Notes under the pieces: model-generated
The model's input: only the letters and a program-made list of their open reading frames with translations
Told to the model about the DNA's origin: nothing
Databases searched by the model: none
Position numbers and translations under genes: made by a program
NCBI GenBank assembly: GCA_046052125.1
Contig: JBJOMY010000001.1
Span: 320,001 to 384,000, forward strand
Reading direction: 5' to 3'
Source: Cyanobacteriota bacterium
GTDB taxonomy: Bacteria; Cyanobacteriota; Cyanobacteriia; PCC-6307; Cyanobiaceae
DNA length: 64,000 nucleotides
Part shown: positions 22,130 through 31,030 of the stretch, in pieces
Position numbering within the stretch: the stretch's first letter is position 1
How the letters are laid out: every line of letters begins with the position of its first letter

Positions 22130-22936
22130 ATGAAGAGAGTGATGAGCTGGCTTGCGGGAGCAGCCCTCAGCCTGGCGCTGCTGCTGGGGTTCGGCGCCGG
22201 CCCGGCCCTGGCCTATGACAACCCCGACCTGCTGCCCGATCACCCCACCCCGGTGATCGATCTGGCCAAGATCCTCACCGACACCCAGCGCACGGCGCTG
22301 GAAGCCGAGCTCAACGATTTCGAAGCGGTAAGCGGCTGGAAGCTGCGGGTACTCACCCAGTACGACCGGACGCCCGGCCTCGCCGTCAAAGACTTCTGGG
22401 GCCTGGATGAGCGCAGCCTGCTGCTGATCGCCGATGAGCGCGGCGGCAACCTGCTCAACTTCAACGTGGGCGATGCGCTGTTTGCTCTGATGCCGCGCAC
22501 GTACTGGGTGGAGCTGCAGACGCGCTTCGGCAACGTGTATTACGTGCGCGATCACGGCCAAGACGCCGCGATCATTGATTCGCTGCACACGGTGAAGGGG
22601 TGCCTCGAGATCGGCGGCTGCCAAGTGGTGCCAGGCCTGCCCCAGGAGCAGTGGCTGCTGACGCTGGCCACCTCGATACTGGGAGGCCTGATTGTGGGGT
22701 TTGCCGCCTACCCGCGCAAGCCGGAACACACGGTGGAGTGGGCCTGGGTGCTGCTGCTCTCACCGCTCTGGGTGATTCTGTTCGGCGTGTTCGGCGTGGC
22801 CCCGATCATCACCCGGACCCCCGACATCCTGCCGCTGGTGCGTAATGCTCTTGGTTTCGTTGGCGCTATTGCCGTGGCGTATCTGATTGCCCAGAACACC
22901 GTGGGCAAGCAACGCCTCAAGGACAGCGAAACCTGA
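22130..22936 (+). CDS. TPM domain-containing membrane protein
   Basis: Signal peptide, PVIDLAK.L, GWKLRVLTQY, three C-terminal TM helices. Confidence 0.85.
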   Translation: MKRVMSWLAGAALSLALLLGFGAGPALAYDNPDLLPDHPTPVIDLAKILTDTQRTALEAELNDFEAVSGWKLRVLTQYDRTPGLAVKDFWGLDERSLLLIADERGGNLLNFNVGDALFALMPRTYWVELQTRFGNVYYVRDHGQDAAIIDSLHTVKGCLEIGGCQVVPGLPQEQWLLTLATSILGGLIVGFAAYPRKPEHTVEWAWVLLLSPLWVILFGVFGVAPIITRTPDILPLVRNALGFVGAIAVAYLIAQNTVGKQRLKDSET

Positions 22937-22939
22937 GGG

Positions 22940-23761
22940 TCAGAGCTTTTGGGCGAGGCTGCGGGGCCCAACCCGCTCCAAGCGCTCGAGACGGCAGCGC
23001 AGTGAATCCGCCGGCTCGCAGCTGGGCTGCTGCGCCACTGCCGTAGCGACACCGGCGAGGGCCCGCAGCTCCTGCAGGTTGGCCTCATAGAAGGCCTTCA
23101 GCGCCGCGTAGCGCTTCACCGGCTGGCCGTAGTAGCTCTGACCAGCAAGGGTGGGGAATGAGGCCCATTCCGGTGCCAACTTGGCGGCCAGATGGGGAGT
23201 GAACAGTCCCTGATCGGCCAACTGCAGCGCGCCACGGCGCTGAATCAGAAACAGGGCCGCCTGATCCTGAACCTCAGGACCAAACCCCTGGAGCTGCAGG
23301 CTGCGGCTGGCCAGAGCCCAGGTGAAGGGCATGAACTGGTAGGCACCAGCAGCCGCACTGGCGTAACGGCCAGTGGAAATCACACGATCGGGATGGCGAT
23401 CGAGGCCAGGCATCAGGCCTCCACCAAACATGATTCGGTAGCCCAAGTCTTCACCGCGAGCCCAGGTGCCCTCGGCGTAGCGGATCGTGTTGAGCAAGGC
23501 GCGCCGCTCAGGGGTGAGCGCGTAACGGAAGACCCCCTCGAGGGAAGAAAGACCGTCGGTGCCGTTGAGCAAGGCCAGCTGTGAGCGGGGCCGTACGGAA
23601 TCTCCGAAGCCCGTGGGGCGCGATGCCAACACCGGTGACTGCACAGCCATCTGCATCGGTGCCGACATCCGCAGCGGCTCGATCAGGCTTGCCGCTGATG
23701 CCTCAGCTCGGACAGGCGCTTGAAAGAGGCAGGCCGATGCTGCCGCCCCAAGACCCGCCAT
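22940..23761 (-). CDS. Lambda-lysozyme-like muramidase (GH104); start uncertain
   Basis: RRALLNTIRYAEGT (catalytic Glu), SAAAGAYQF, QDQAALFLIQRRGAL, EWASFP, YYGQP. Confidence 0.85.
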   Translation of the reverse strand: MAGLGAAASACLFQAPVRAEASAASLIEPLRMSAPMQMAVQSPVLASRPTGFGDSVRPRSQLALLNGTDGLSSLEGVFRYALTPERRALLNTIRYAEGTWARGEDLGYRIMFGGGLMPGLDRHPDRVISTGRYASAAAGAYQFMPFTWALASRSLQLQGFGPEVQDQAALFLIQRRGALQLADQGLFTPHLAAKLAPEWASFPTLAGQSYYGQPVKRYAALKAFYEANLQELRALAGVATAVAQQPSCEPADSLRCRLERLERVGPRSLAQKL

Positions 23762-24115
23762 CAGAGCAGGAGAGCAATGGGTGCGCAGAGATAGACCGTT
23801 CGCTAACAAACCGATTCAAATGGCAAACAACAACCCTCAAGCCATCGAAGAGATGGCTATCAAGAAACTTCAGCTACTAAGTCTCTGGTCAACGCCCAGA
23901 AAGGCTCACTGCAACAAAGGAGAGAGGGCAGCGAAGCAACAAGAACTTGAAGGACAGACGCTTCTTAAACAGAAACGCAGAGGGCATTAAAGATCAGTTG
24001 CGAAGAGTTTGACTCACAAACTCGCGCAAGGGAAATGCACTAGTGCCACCGCATTAACCGTCCACAGTCATCAAAAACTGTCTTGACGCATTCAGATCAC
24101 CGACCTCAACAGGGT

Positions 24116-25231
24116 TTAGTGATCAGGAGCAGCGTTACTGTTAGCGATGCTTTTGGCCACATCTTTGCCGCGGGCTGTAGCAATCAGCACAGCTGCTGCC
24201 TGATCAGCGCCATCACACGGCAGCGGCTCAGCGAGGGGAGGCAACAACGGCTGATCCAGCTGCCAATCGCCATGCTCCAGTTGAACGCGACTGAGAAAGC
24301 GATGCCAACCATGGCGCTGCAACGCTTGCTCCAGCACGGGCGCCTCCGCAAATCCCTCACGCCGCACCAAGTGAATGCCGAGACCAGCCGTCAGGGCTTC
24401 ACAGAAGGTGCTGTAACCCGGTTTGGTGATGATCCGGCTGCAGAGCGGCATCAGCTCCAAGGGGCGCAACTCCGGTGGAATCAAAGTGGCATTGCTGGCG
24501 GCCTGGGCTACGGCGGCATCACTCACCAGAAAGTGGTGGTCTGGCCAATTCCGCAACAGCTCCGGCGCCAGGCTGAGGCCCAAGCCACCAAATCCCACCA
24601 GAACGGTGTGCTCCGGTGCGGCGCTGAGTTGCAGCTGCTCCCGCAACCGCTCAGGCCGATGTCGCGGGCGACCCGCGGTGAGCCCCACAGCGGTGGCCGG
24701 CACCCCCCAATCCATGGGCATCGACAAGGGGCATCGAATCAGGGCCGTTCCCTGGCGATAGGCGCTCAGGGCCCGATCAGCCCAGGGCTGGAACGCGGCT
24801 CCCATGGGCCCATAGATGGCATCCCAGCCAAAATTGGCGAGCCAAACCAGCGGGGCTCCGGCCGCTGAGGCCAAGGCCGCCGCAGCCGGTGCCACATCCC
24901 CCAGCACGAGCACCGATTGGCGTTGAGCAGCCAACCAGCGAGCCTCCTGCTCGATCTGGGCCGGCAGCTGCTGCTCGAGCTGCGTGAGCGCGGCCAGGGT
25001 GGCATCAGCATCAGCGCCAAGGGCATCGGCCTGAATCACGCCCACATCCCAGCGGCAGGGGCGCTGCTCAAACGGCACCGCACCGAAGGCGAGCTGCAGA
25101 AAGGCTGGAGCGATCGGGGTGGAGAGCACGATCCGCCAGCTGGGTTGCTGCGCATGGAGCGTCGAGAGCACTGCGGCCACCCGAGAGCCATGGCCAAAGC
25201 CATGGCCGCTCACGCAGGCGTAAATCAGCAC
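24116..25231 (-). CDS. GT-B glycosyltransferase-like protein
   Basis: SGHGFGHGSR N-terminal motif and ITKPGYSTFCEA. Confidence 0.75.
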   Translation of the reverse strand: MLIYACVSGHGFGHGSRVAAVLSTLHAQQPSWRIVLSTPIAPAFLQLAFGAVPFEQRPCRWDVGVIQADALGADADATLAALTQLEQQLPAQIEQEARWLAAQRQSVLVLGDVAPAAAALASAAGAPLVWLANFGWDAIYGPMGAAFQPWADRALSAYRQGTALIRCPLSMPMDWGVPATAVGLTAGRPRHRPERLREQLQLSAAPEHTVLVGFGGLGLSLAPELLRNWPDHHFLVSDAAVAQAASNATLIPPELRPLELMPLCSRIITKPGYSTFCEALTAGLGIHLVRREGFAEAPVLEQALQRHGWHRFLSRVQLEHGDWQLDQPLLPPLAEPLPCDGADQAAAVLIATARGKDVAKSIANSNAAPDH

Positions 25232-26115
25232 GGCTGAAGCTCAGCCGCCCGCAACAGCGTGTGGCGATAGCGAAGGGTGCCATCAGGTCCGTACCAGCGA
25301 TGGCTGATTTCAGTGAGCTCGCCGTCGCGCAGCTCCACCCAGCTGAAGTGGCGCAGGGCCATACCCTGCTCGTCGTGGCTGTGGCGGGGAACGAAGGCGG
25401 TATTGAGATAGGCGGTGCCGGCGCGATCACGGCAAAAGCTGAGCCGTTCCCCCTGGCCTCGCTTGAGCTGGTGATGCATGTGGCCGAACACCACCAGCGG
25501 CAGCGGGCGGTGCTGGCGGATCTGATCGATGGCAAGGGCGAGATCCTGATCGCCCCAGTCGCAGGCGGGAGGTTTCCAATCCCGGCCGCAGGGATCCGAG
25601 GCATGACTGCCCAGGCCACTGGGACCGCAGTGCGCCAGCAGGATCAACGGCAGGGCTGGATCGGCCTTGAGCGCAGCGGCACTGATGCGTGCCGCCGACT
25701 CCTGCAAGGTGACCGGCCCGAACGCCGCTAGGGCCGCCTGGTTGAGGTGAAAGCCGCCGCCGGCACTGGCGGGCCTACCGCCCACCACAGCCAGCCCCGG
25801 GGGATGGAGCTCCCTGAGCCCCCAGCCGCAATGGCGCTCACCCAGGGCATCGAGCTGACGCTGCAGTGTGCGGCCGCTGGCGTCACGGCCGGTGTCGTGG
25901 TTACCGAGCACGCAGGCCAGCGGCAAGGAAAGCCGCGCGAGCCGGGCGGGAATCCGGGGCTGACCATCGCTGAGGTCTCCCACCACCAGCAACGCATCGG
26001 GCGACAACAGCTCGAGAAGCTGCTCATCAACGCTGTCCCATTGCCCGTGCAGATCTCCGGCGATGGCGATGCGGAGCTCTGCCAAACGGGTGCCTAGGCT
26101 GCCGCCATCCTGCAC
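25225..26115 (-). CDS. Metallophosphoesterase, TIGR04168-like; start possibly TTG 26085
   Basis: GDLHG, VGD, GNHD, AHCGP, FGHMH. Confidence 0.85.
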   Translation of the reverse strand: MQDGGSLGTRLAELRIAIAGDLHGQWDSVDEQLLELLSPDALLVVGDLSDGQPRIPARLARLSLPLACVLGNHDTGRDASGRTLQRQLDALGERHCGWGLRELHPPGLAVVGGRPASAGGGFHLNQAALAAFGPVTLQESAARISAAALKADPALPLILLAHCGPSGLGSHASDPCGRDWKPPACDWGDQDLALAIDQIRQHRPLPLVVFGHMHHQLKRGQGERLSFCRDRAGTAYLNTAFVPRHSHDEQGMALRHFSWVELRDGELTEISHRWYGPDGTLRYRHTLLRAAELQPC

Positions 26116-26132
26116 CAGGTAAGGCCAGACCT

Positions 26133-27101
26133 TTGGTTTTCGCGGCTGCCCAGAACACCAGCGACGGTTGTCCGCCCCACGCGCAACTGCCGGCTGCGAT
26201 TGCTGAGCTCAAGCGCCAGCGCAAGGCCGTGATCCTGGCGCACTACTACCAGGAGCCCGAGATCCAAGACATCGCTGATTTCATCGGTGATTCCCTTGAG
26301 CTCTCCCGCAAGGCCGCCGCCACCGACGCCGAGGTGATCGTGTTCTGCGGGGTGCACTTCATGGCCGAGGTGGCCAAGATCCTGAGCCCGGGAAAAACCG
26401 TGTTGCTGCCGGATCTCGAGGCCGGCTGCACCCTCGCCGATGCCTGCCCGGCTGATGCCTTCGCGGCCTTCCGGGCCAGTCACCCCGAACACCTGGTGGT
26501 GAGCTACATCAATTGTTCAGCGGCGGTGAAGGCCCAGAGCGATCTGATCTGCACCAGCAGCAACGCCGTGGATCTGGTGAAGCAGCTGCCCGCGGATCGA
26601 CCGATCCTGTTTGCGCCGGATCAAAACCTCGGCCGCTGGGTGCAGCGCCAGAGCGGCCGCGAGCTCACCCTCTGGCCCGGCAGCTGCATCGTGCACGAAA
26701 CCTTCAGCGAGCAGGCGCTGTTGCAGCTCAAGCTCGAGCACCCGGGCGCTGAGGTGCTGGCCCATCCGGAATGCCAGCAACACCTGCTCGATCACGCCGA
26801 TTTCATCGGTTCCACCAGCGCATTGCTGCGCCGCGCCGAAGCCAGTGAGGCCAGCGGTTTCATCGTGCTCACCGAGCCCGGGATCCTGCACCAGATGCGC
26901 AAAGCGGTGCCCGGCAAGGAGTTCTTTGAGGTGCCAGGTGCCGATGGCTGCAGCTGCAACGCCTGCCCCTACATGCGCCTCAACACGCTCGAGAAGCTGT
27001 GGCAGTGCCTAAACGACATGGCCCCAGCAATCGAACTCGATGAGGCGATGCGGCAGCGGGCCCTGGCACCGATCCAGAAGATGCTGGAGATGAGCCGCTA
27101 G
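26133..27101 (+). CDS. nadA: Quinolinate synthase
   Basis: [48 protein letters not shown]. Confidence 0.97.
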   Translation: MVFAAAQNTSDGCPPHAQLPAAIAELKRQRKAVILAHYYQEPEIQDIADFIGDSLELSRKAAATDAEVIVFCGVHFMAEVAKILSPGKTVLLPDLEAGCTLADACPADAFAAFRASHPEHLVVSYINCSAAVKAQSDLICTSSNAVDLVKQLPADRPILFAPDQNLGRWVQRQSGRELTLWPGSCIVHETFSEQALLQLKLEHPGAEVLAHPECQQHLLDHADFIGSTSALLRRAEASEASGFIVLTEPGILHQMRKAVPGKEFFEVPGADGCSCNACPYMRLNTLEKLWQCLNDMAPAIELDEAMRQRALAPIQKMLEMSR

Positions 27102-28180
27102 TAGCTGTAGTTGGCCACGAACAGGCTGGTGTCATCCGATGGCTCCGAGCCGGGCTCATAAGCCCCACGGCTGGCGGCCCCGTTGGCGCGGGCCCGAGCC
27201 ATCAACGCCGCCTGCCCCGCGGCCAAGTCATTGCCGCCCCAGTGCTTGATGCAGGAGTGCTGCAAAGCGCGGCCGTAGGAGAAGCCGAGGTGCCACGGGG
27301 CAAAGCCCTGGGCAGCCACCTGGTTGATGGCGTTCAGGCAGAGGCTGGCGTCCTCCTCGCTCAGGCCGCCGCTGAGAAAGAGGATCGCCGGCACCGCAGC
27401 GGGAACCGTGCGGCTGAGGGTGCGCACCGTGAATTCCCCCACCTCCTCGGCACTGGCCTGCTGGGGGCAGGCGGCTCCGGCGCAGGTCATAGAAGGTTTG
27501 AGCAGGCTGCCCTCCAGAAACACACCGTTGATCGCCAGGGCTTCGTAGGTGGTGCGCAGCACCCATTCCTGCACCGAAGCGGTGGTGGTGATGTCGTGGT
27601 CGCCATCCATCAGGATCTCGGGCTCCACGATCGGCACCAGGCCCTGCTCCTGCACCGTGCGGGCATAGCGGGCCAGGCCCCAGGCGTTCTCACGCACCGC
27701 CAACTCTGAGGGCGCCCCGTTGCCGCTGATTTGCAACACCGCCCGCCATTTGGCAAACCGGGCGCCACGGGCGTAGTAGCGCGCGGCCCGCTCCGCCAGC
27801 CCCTTCAGGCCGGTGCACCAGCTCTCCCCGGTCACACCACCGGCAAGAGGTTCCACCCCCTGATCCACCTTGATGCCGGGAACGATGCCCTGCCTCTGGA
27901 ACAGCTCAACGATCGGGGCGCTCCCGGCCTCGGCCGTGCTGTCTTGAAACAGGGTTTCCTCGTAGAGGATCACCCCGGAGATGTGCTCGCTTAGGCCGTC
28001 TGTGGTGGCCAGCAGGCTGCGGTAAGCACGCCGGTGCTCCTCGGTGTTCTCCAGGCCGATGGCCTCGAAGCGCTTGCCGATCGTGCCGGTGGATTCATCC
28101 GCCGCCAGCAACCCCGTGCCCGGCGCCGCCAGAGCCGCTGCGGTGGCGGCGAGCTCATCGCGGAAATCGTTCAACGCCAT
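27098..28180 (-). CDS. Fructose-bisphosphate aldolase class I (eukaryote-type)
   Basis: [47 protein letters not shown]-terminal Tyr. Confidence 0.95.
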   Translation of the reverse strand: MALNDFRDELAATAAALAAPGTGLLAADESTGTIGKRFEAIGLENTEEHRRAYRSLLATTDGLSEHISGVILYEETLFQDSTAEAGSAPIVELFQRQGIVPGIKVDQGVEPLAGGVTGESWCTGLKGLAERAARYYARGARFAKWRAVLQISGNGAPSELAVRENAWGLARYARTVQEQGLVPIVEPEILMDGDHDITTTASVQEWVLRTTYEALAINGVFLEGSLLKPSMTCAGAACPQQASAEEVGEFTVRTLSRTVPAAVPAILFLSGGLSEEDASLCLNAINQVAAQGFAPWHLGFSYGRALQHSCIKHWGGNDLAAGQAALMARARANGAASRGAYEPGSEPSDDTSLFVANYSY

Positions 28181-28307
28181 GGCCAACAGCCGGAAGAATC
28201 ACCCCCTGGCTAGAAACGGCTCAGGCGTGCGTCAACGGAGTGACGCAGAGCTGCAACGCGGCTGGTCATGATTCAGCGCTAACCACGCTCCACAAGCCCC
28301 ACCGCCG

Positions 28308-29375
28308 ATGCCCCTCGCCCCAGGCGGCCTGCTGCAGCTCAGCCCCGAGGGGCTCTACTGCCCAGCGGCGCGGGCCTGGATCGATCCCTGGCGCCCCGTG
28401 CCGCGGGCGCTGATCACCCACGCCCATGCCGATCACGCCCGGCCGGGCTGCGGCGAGTACTGGGCGATTGGCGCCAGTGAGGGGATCCTGCGGGAACGGC
28501 TCGGCGCGGAGATCAAGCTGCTGCCGGTGGAGTACGGCCAGCTGCACCGGATCGGCGATGCGCGCGTGTCGTTCCATTCGGCGGGTCATGTGTTGGGCAG
28601 CGCCCAGATCCGGCTGGAGGCCGGCGGCGAAAGCTGGCTGGTGAGCGGCGACTACAAACGCTGCGCCGATCCCAGCTGTGCCCCTTTCGAACCGGTACAG
28701 GCGGATGTGCTGATCAGCGAAGCCACCTTCGGGCTGCCGATCTACCGCTGGAAGAGCGGTGCCGAGATCGCAGCGGAGATCCTGGAGTGGTGGCGCAGCG
28801 CTCCGGATCGCCCCTCGGTGCTGTTCGCCTATGCCTTCGGCAAGGCACAGCGGGTTCTGGCAGAGCTTCATCGCCTCGAGGTGAGCGACGAGGTGCTGCT
28901 GCATGGCGCCGTGGAGCGGCTGATGGCGCCTTACCGGCAGGCGGGCGTGGCGATGCCTCCCACCCGGCCATTGGCTGAGCTGGAACGCGGCGCCGATCTG
29001 AGCGGCCGGCTGCTGATCGCTCCACCGGCGGCCCATCGCAGCCGCGGGCTGGGGCGCTTCGCCAAGGCCCAGAACGGCTTCGTGAGCGGCTGGATGGCCG
29101 TGCGCGGCGCCCGCCGACGACGCGGCTACGGACGCGGTTTCGTGATGAGCGACCACGCCGACTGGGCCGGACTGCTGCAGAGCGTTCGGGAAAGCCAGGC
29201 CCAACAGGTGTATGTGACCCACGGCCAGAGCAACGTGTTGGCGCGCTACCTGCAGGAGGTGGAGGGGATCAGCGCCGCGCCGCTGGAGGGGCACTTCGAG
29301 GCCGAACGCTTCGACGACGACACACCGGCAGACAGCGACGGTGCCGCAACCGCGGCGAGCTCTGCAGAGAACTGA
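28308..29375 (+). CDS. Ligase-associated DNA damage response exonuclease (MBL/beta-CASP)
   Basis: ITHAHADH, AGHVLGSAQ, SGDYK, EATFGLP, GKAQR, SGWM, SDHADW. Confidence 0.92.
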   Translation: MPLAPGGLLQLSPEGLYCPAARAWIDPWRPVPRALITHAHADHARPGCGEYWAIGASEGILRERLGAEIKLLPVEYGQLHRIGDARVSFHSAGHVLGSAQIRLEAGGESWLVSGDYKRCADPSCAPFEPVQADVLISEATFGLPIYRWKSGAEIAAEILEWWRSAPDRPSVLFAYAFGKAQRVLAELHRLEVSDEVLLHGAVERLMAPYRQAGVAMPPTRPLAELERGADLSGRLLIAPPAAHRSRGLGRFAKAQNGFVSGWMAVRGARRRRGYGRGFVMSDHADWAGLLQSVRESQAQQVYVTHGQSNVLARYLQEVEGISAAPLEGHFEAERFDDDTPADSDGAATAASSAEN

Positions 29376-31030
29376 TGCAAGCCTTCGCTGCCCTCTTCCG
29401 TCAGCTGGATGGCACCAGCAGCACCAGCGCCAAACTCGCGGCCCTGGAGGCCTATTTCCGGAGCGTGCCTCCCGCTGATGCGGCCTGGGCCCTGGCGCTG
29501 CTGCTAGGCAAACGGCGCAAGCGCTTGATCACCGGGCGGCGGCTAAGGGAGATCTGCCTGGCCTCCACAGGCCTGCCGGAATGGTTGTTTGAGGCCTGCC
29601 ATGCCCAGGTGGGTGATTCAGCCGAAACGGTGGCCTTGGTGTGGCAGCAACGCCCGGATCACCAAAGCCATCCCCAATCCAGCCGCTCTGGCCTTGAGCA
29701 ACCTCTGGCCCAGTGGATGGATGAGCGACTCCCCGCCCTCGCCGCCCTTCAGGGAGATGAACAAGCCCAAGCGGTGCAGGCCTGTTGGCGCAGCCTGCCG
29801 GCTGATGAACTGCTGCTGGTGAACAAGCTGCTCAGCGGCGGCTTTCGCGTGGGCGTCTCCACCGGGCTGGTCACCCGGGCGCTGGCCCGCAGCGCAGAGC
29901 TCGATGAGGCGTTGGTGGCGCACCGGCTGATGGGTGGGTTCAGCCCAAGTGCAGAAGCCTTCGCCGCGCTCACCGCCGCAGCCGGCCATGGCGAGGATTG
30001 CTCCGCCCGGCCCTATCCCTTTTTCCTGGCCAGCCCGCTGGAGCCTGGCCAGCTGGAGCACACGTCTCCCGAAAGCTGGCAGCTGGAGTGGAAATGGGAT
30101 GGGATCCGCGGTCAGTTGATTCACCGCGCCGGCGGTTGCAGCCTCTGGAGCCGCGGCGAAGAACTAATCAATGAGGCCTTCCCCGAGCTCATCGCCCTGG
30201 CGGAGGAATTGCCCCAGGGAACGGCGCTGGATGGGGAGGTGATCGTCTGGCATGGCGACGCCGAAACGCCGGAATCCTTCGCCAGCCTGCAGCGGCGGCT
30301 TGGGCGCAAGACACCGAGCCGCAGCCTGCAGCGCGACTGTCCCGCAGCATTTGTGGCCTACGACCTGCTCGAGCATCAGGGCATTGATCTGCGTCAGCAG
30401 CCCTTGCAGCAGCGGCGCGAGCTATTGGAGCAGCTGCATCAGAGCTGGCGGCAGCAACCCGAAACCGCAACCACAGGGCGCCTTCGCCTCTCGGCCACGC
30501 AAACCCTCCAACGCTGGAGCGAGCTAGATGCGGTGCGCGACCAAGCACGTGCAAAGCGAGCTGAAGGGCTGATGCTCAAAGCCCTCGACTCGCCCTATCT
30601 GGTGGGGCGCAAACGCGGCCACTGGTGGAAGCACAAGCTCGAGCCACTGCGGCTGGATGCCGTGCTGCTCTACGCCCAGGCCGGTAGCGGTAAGCGCGCC
30701 AACCTCTACACCGATTACAGCTTCGGCCTCTGGAACGACGACGGCGAGTTGGTGACCTTCGCCAAGGCCTACTCCGGACTCGACGATGGTGAAATCCGTC
30801 AGCTGGACCGCTGGATTCGCGCCCACACCACCGAGCGCTTCGGGCCGGTGCGAGCCGTAGAGCCGCTGCAGGTGTTTGAGCTGGCCTTTGAGGGCATTCA
30901 GGCCTCGAAACGCCACAAGTCCGGCTTCGCGGTGCGCTTCCCGCGCATCAGCCGCTGGCGCAGCGACAAACCGGCCAGCGAAGCCGACAGCCTGGCCAGC
31001 GCCCGGGCGCTGATGGAGCAGTTGGCATGA
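29375..31030 (+). CDS. ATP-dependent DNA ligase (ligase-associated damage-response type)
   Basis: EWKWDGIR, LDGE, YDLL, EGLMLK, WWKHK, AVRFPRI. Confidence 0.95.
   Translation: MQAFAALFRQLDGTSSTSAKLAALEAYFRSVPPADAAWALALLLGKRRKRLITGRRLREICLASTGLPEWLFEACHAQVGDSAETVALVWQQRPDHQSHPQSSRSGLEQPLAQWMDERLPALAALQGDEQAQAVQACWRSLPADELLLVNKLLSGGFRVGVSTGLVTRALARSAELDEALVAHRLMGGFSPSAEAFAALTAAAGHGEDCSARPYPFFLASPLEPGQLEHTSPESWQLEWKWDGIRGQLIHRAGGCSLWSRGEELINEAFPELIALAEELPQGTALDGEVIVWHGDAETPESFASLQRRLGRKTPSRSLQRDCPAAFVAYDLLEHQGIDLRQQPLQQRRELLEQLHQSWRQQPETATTGRLRLSATQTLQRWSELDAVRDQARAKRAEGLMLKALDSPYLVGRKRGHWWKHKLEPLRLDAVLLYAQAGSGKRANLYTDYSFGLWNDDGELVTFAKAYSGLDDGEIRQLDRWIRAHTTERFGPVRAVEPLQVFELAFEGIQASKRHKSGFAVRFPRISRWRSDKPASEADSLASARALMEQLA

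Noticed and set aside
22940..24110. Prophage remnant or known riboswitch around the lysozyme gene
   Set aside because: No other phage genes or att-like repeats; the leader matches no riboswitch consensus I can recognise
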